Assembly: GCA_963799505.1 (NCBI GenBank)
Contig: CAWCXM010000012.1
Coordinates: 1,601 to 65,600 of the forward strand
Length of the DNA: 64,000 nucleotides
Direction: 5' to 3'
From: an uncultured Alphaproteobacteria bacterium
GTDB taxonomy: Bacteria > Pseudomonadota > Alphaproteobacteria > Rhodobacterales > Rhodobacteraceae
Below, piece by piece: positions 63,914 to 64,000 of this stretch. The translations under genes were made by a program, and so were the position numbers. A model generated the notes under the pieces. That model did not search any database, was not told where the DNA came from, and worked only from the letters and a program-made list of their open reading frames with translations. Every line of letters begins with the position of its first letter. Position 1 is the first letter of the stretch.

Positions 63914-64000
63914 ATGACGATGACCGATGAATTTGCAACCCTGTCCGGGTTTCGCGCCATCCTGGCAGCCCAACCCGGTGCGGACGCGGGCCTGCGGAGC
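63914..64000 (+). CDS. cobT: Probable nicotinate-nucleotide--dimethylbenzimidazole phosphoribosyltransferase, N-terminal 29 codons only
   Basis: MTMTDEFATLSGFRAILAAQPGADAGLRS resembles CobT N-termini (F.SL..FR..L...PG.D). The gene is divergent from cobS and truncated by the window end. Confidence 0.45.
   Translation, partial: MTMTDEFATLSGFRAILAAQPGADAGLRS

Noticed and set aside
1-64000. CRISPR arrays, rRNA genes, prophage structural genes, toxin-antitoxin pairs and restriction-modification genes.
   Set aside because: No regularly spaced direct repeats, no rRNA-like sequence and no recognisable capsid, terminase or methyltransferase motifs were seen on either strand. The only short repeats found are the REP-like elements and the 13-bp motif reported above.

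Overview
This is a high-GC (roughly 63-65% by eye) alphaproteobacterial chromosome segment. Gene content and order look like Rhodobacteraceae (roseobacter group). Most of the window is conserved core: an SDR, an XRE regulator, a desaturase and a DMT transporter. Next come a NUDIX hydrolase, a DUF983 protein, an EF-hand/ECF-sigma/anti-sigma cluster and a TadE-TadE-TadG(vWA) trio. These are followed by glutamate dehydrogenase, the sarcosine oxidase operon soxB-(orf)-soxD-soxA-soxG, dnaG-rpoD and three tandem secreted paralogues. Then come yjbQ, nrdR-ribD, a capsule block (kpsC, a Wza-like exporter, kpsS) wedged into the riboflavin/nusB cluster (ribE, ribBA, ribH, nusB), mmcB and tRNA-His. The window ends with rluD, rpoH, a DksA/TraR protein, pepF, an ATP-dependent DNA ligase with its exonuclease, a Suv3-like helicase, fdxA, carD and cobS-cobT. 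Two low-GC (about 42-46% by eye) accessory patches interrupt the core. Patch (i), about 3.5-10.2 kb, is a decayed mobile-element scar. It holds orphan ORFs, a fragmented GH57-like gene and a truncated tyrosine integrase embedded in an inverted partial duplication of a serine-hydrolase pseudogene. It also holds an IS1182-like element with 15-bp terminal inverted repeats. Patch (ii), about 24.9-27.2 kb between soxG and dnaG, carries only a translationally coupled DUF262 (ParB/Srx-like) plus HEPN (Rx4H) gene pair. This pair is my best candidate for a compact, experimentally uncharacterised defence or abortive-infection module. A striking technical or biological pattern is that at least five conserved genes (soxB, soxA, a rib-cluster orf, a ClpP-like gene and the helicase) are each broken by frameshifts that removal of one base per junction would repair. 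All calls rest on reading the ORF translations and the nucleotide sequence by eye. No database searches were run, and the GC values are visual estimates.
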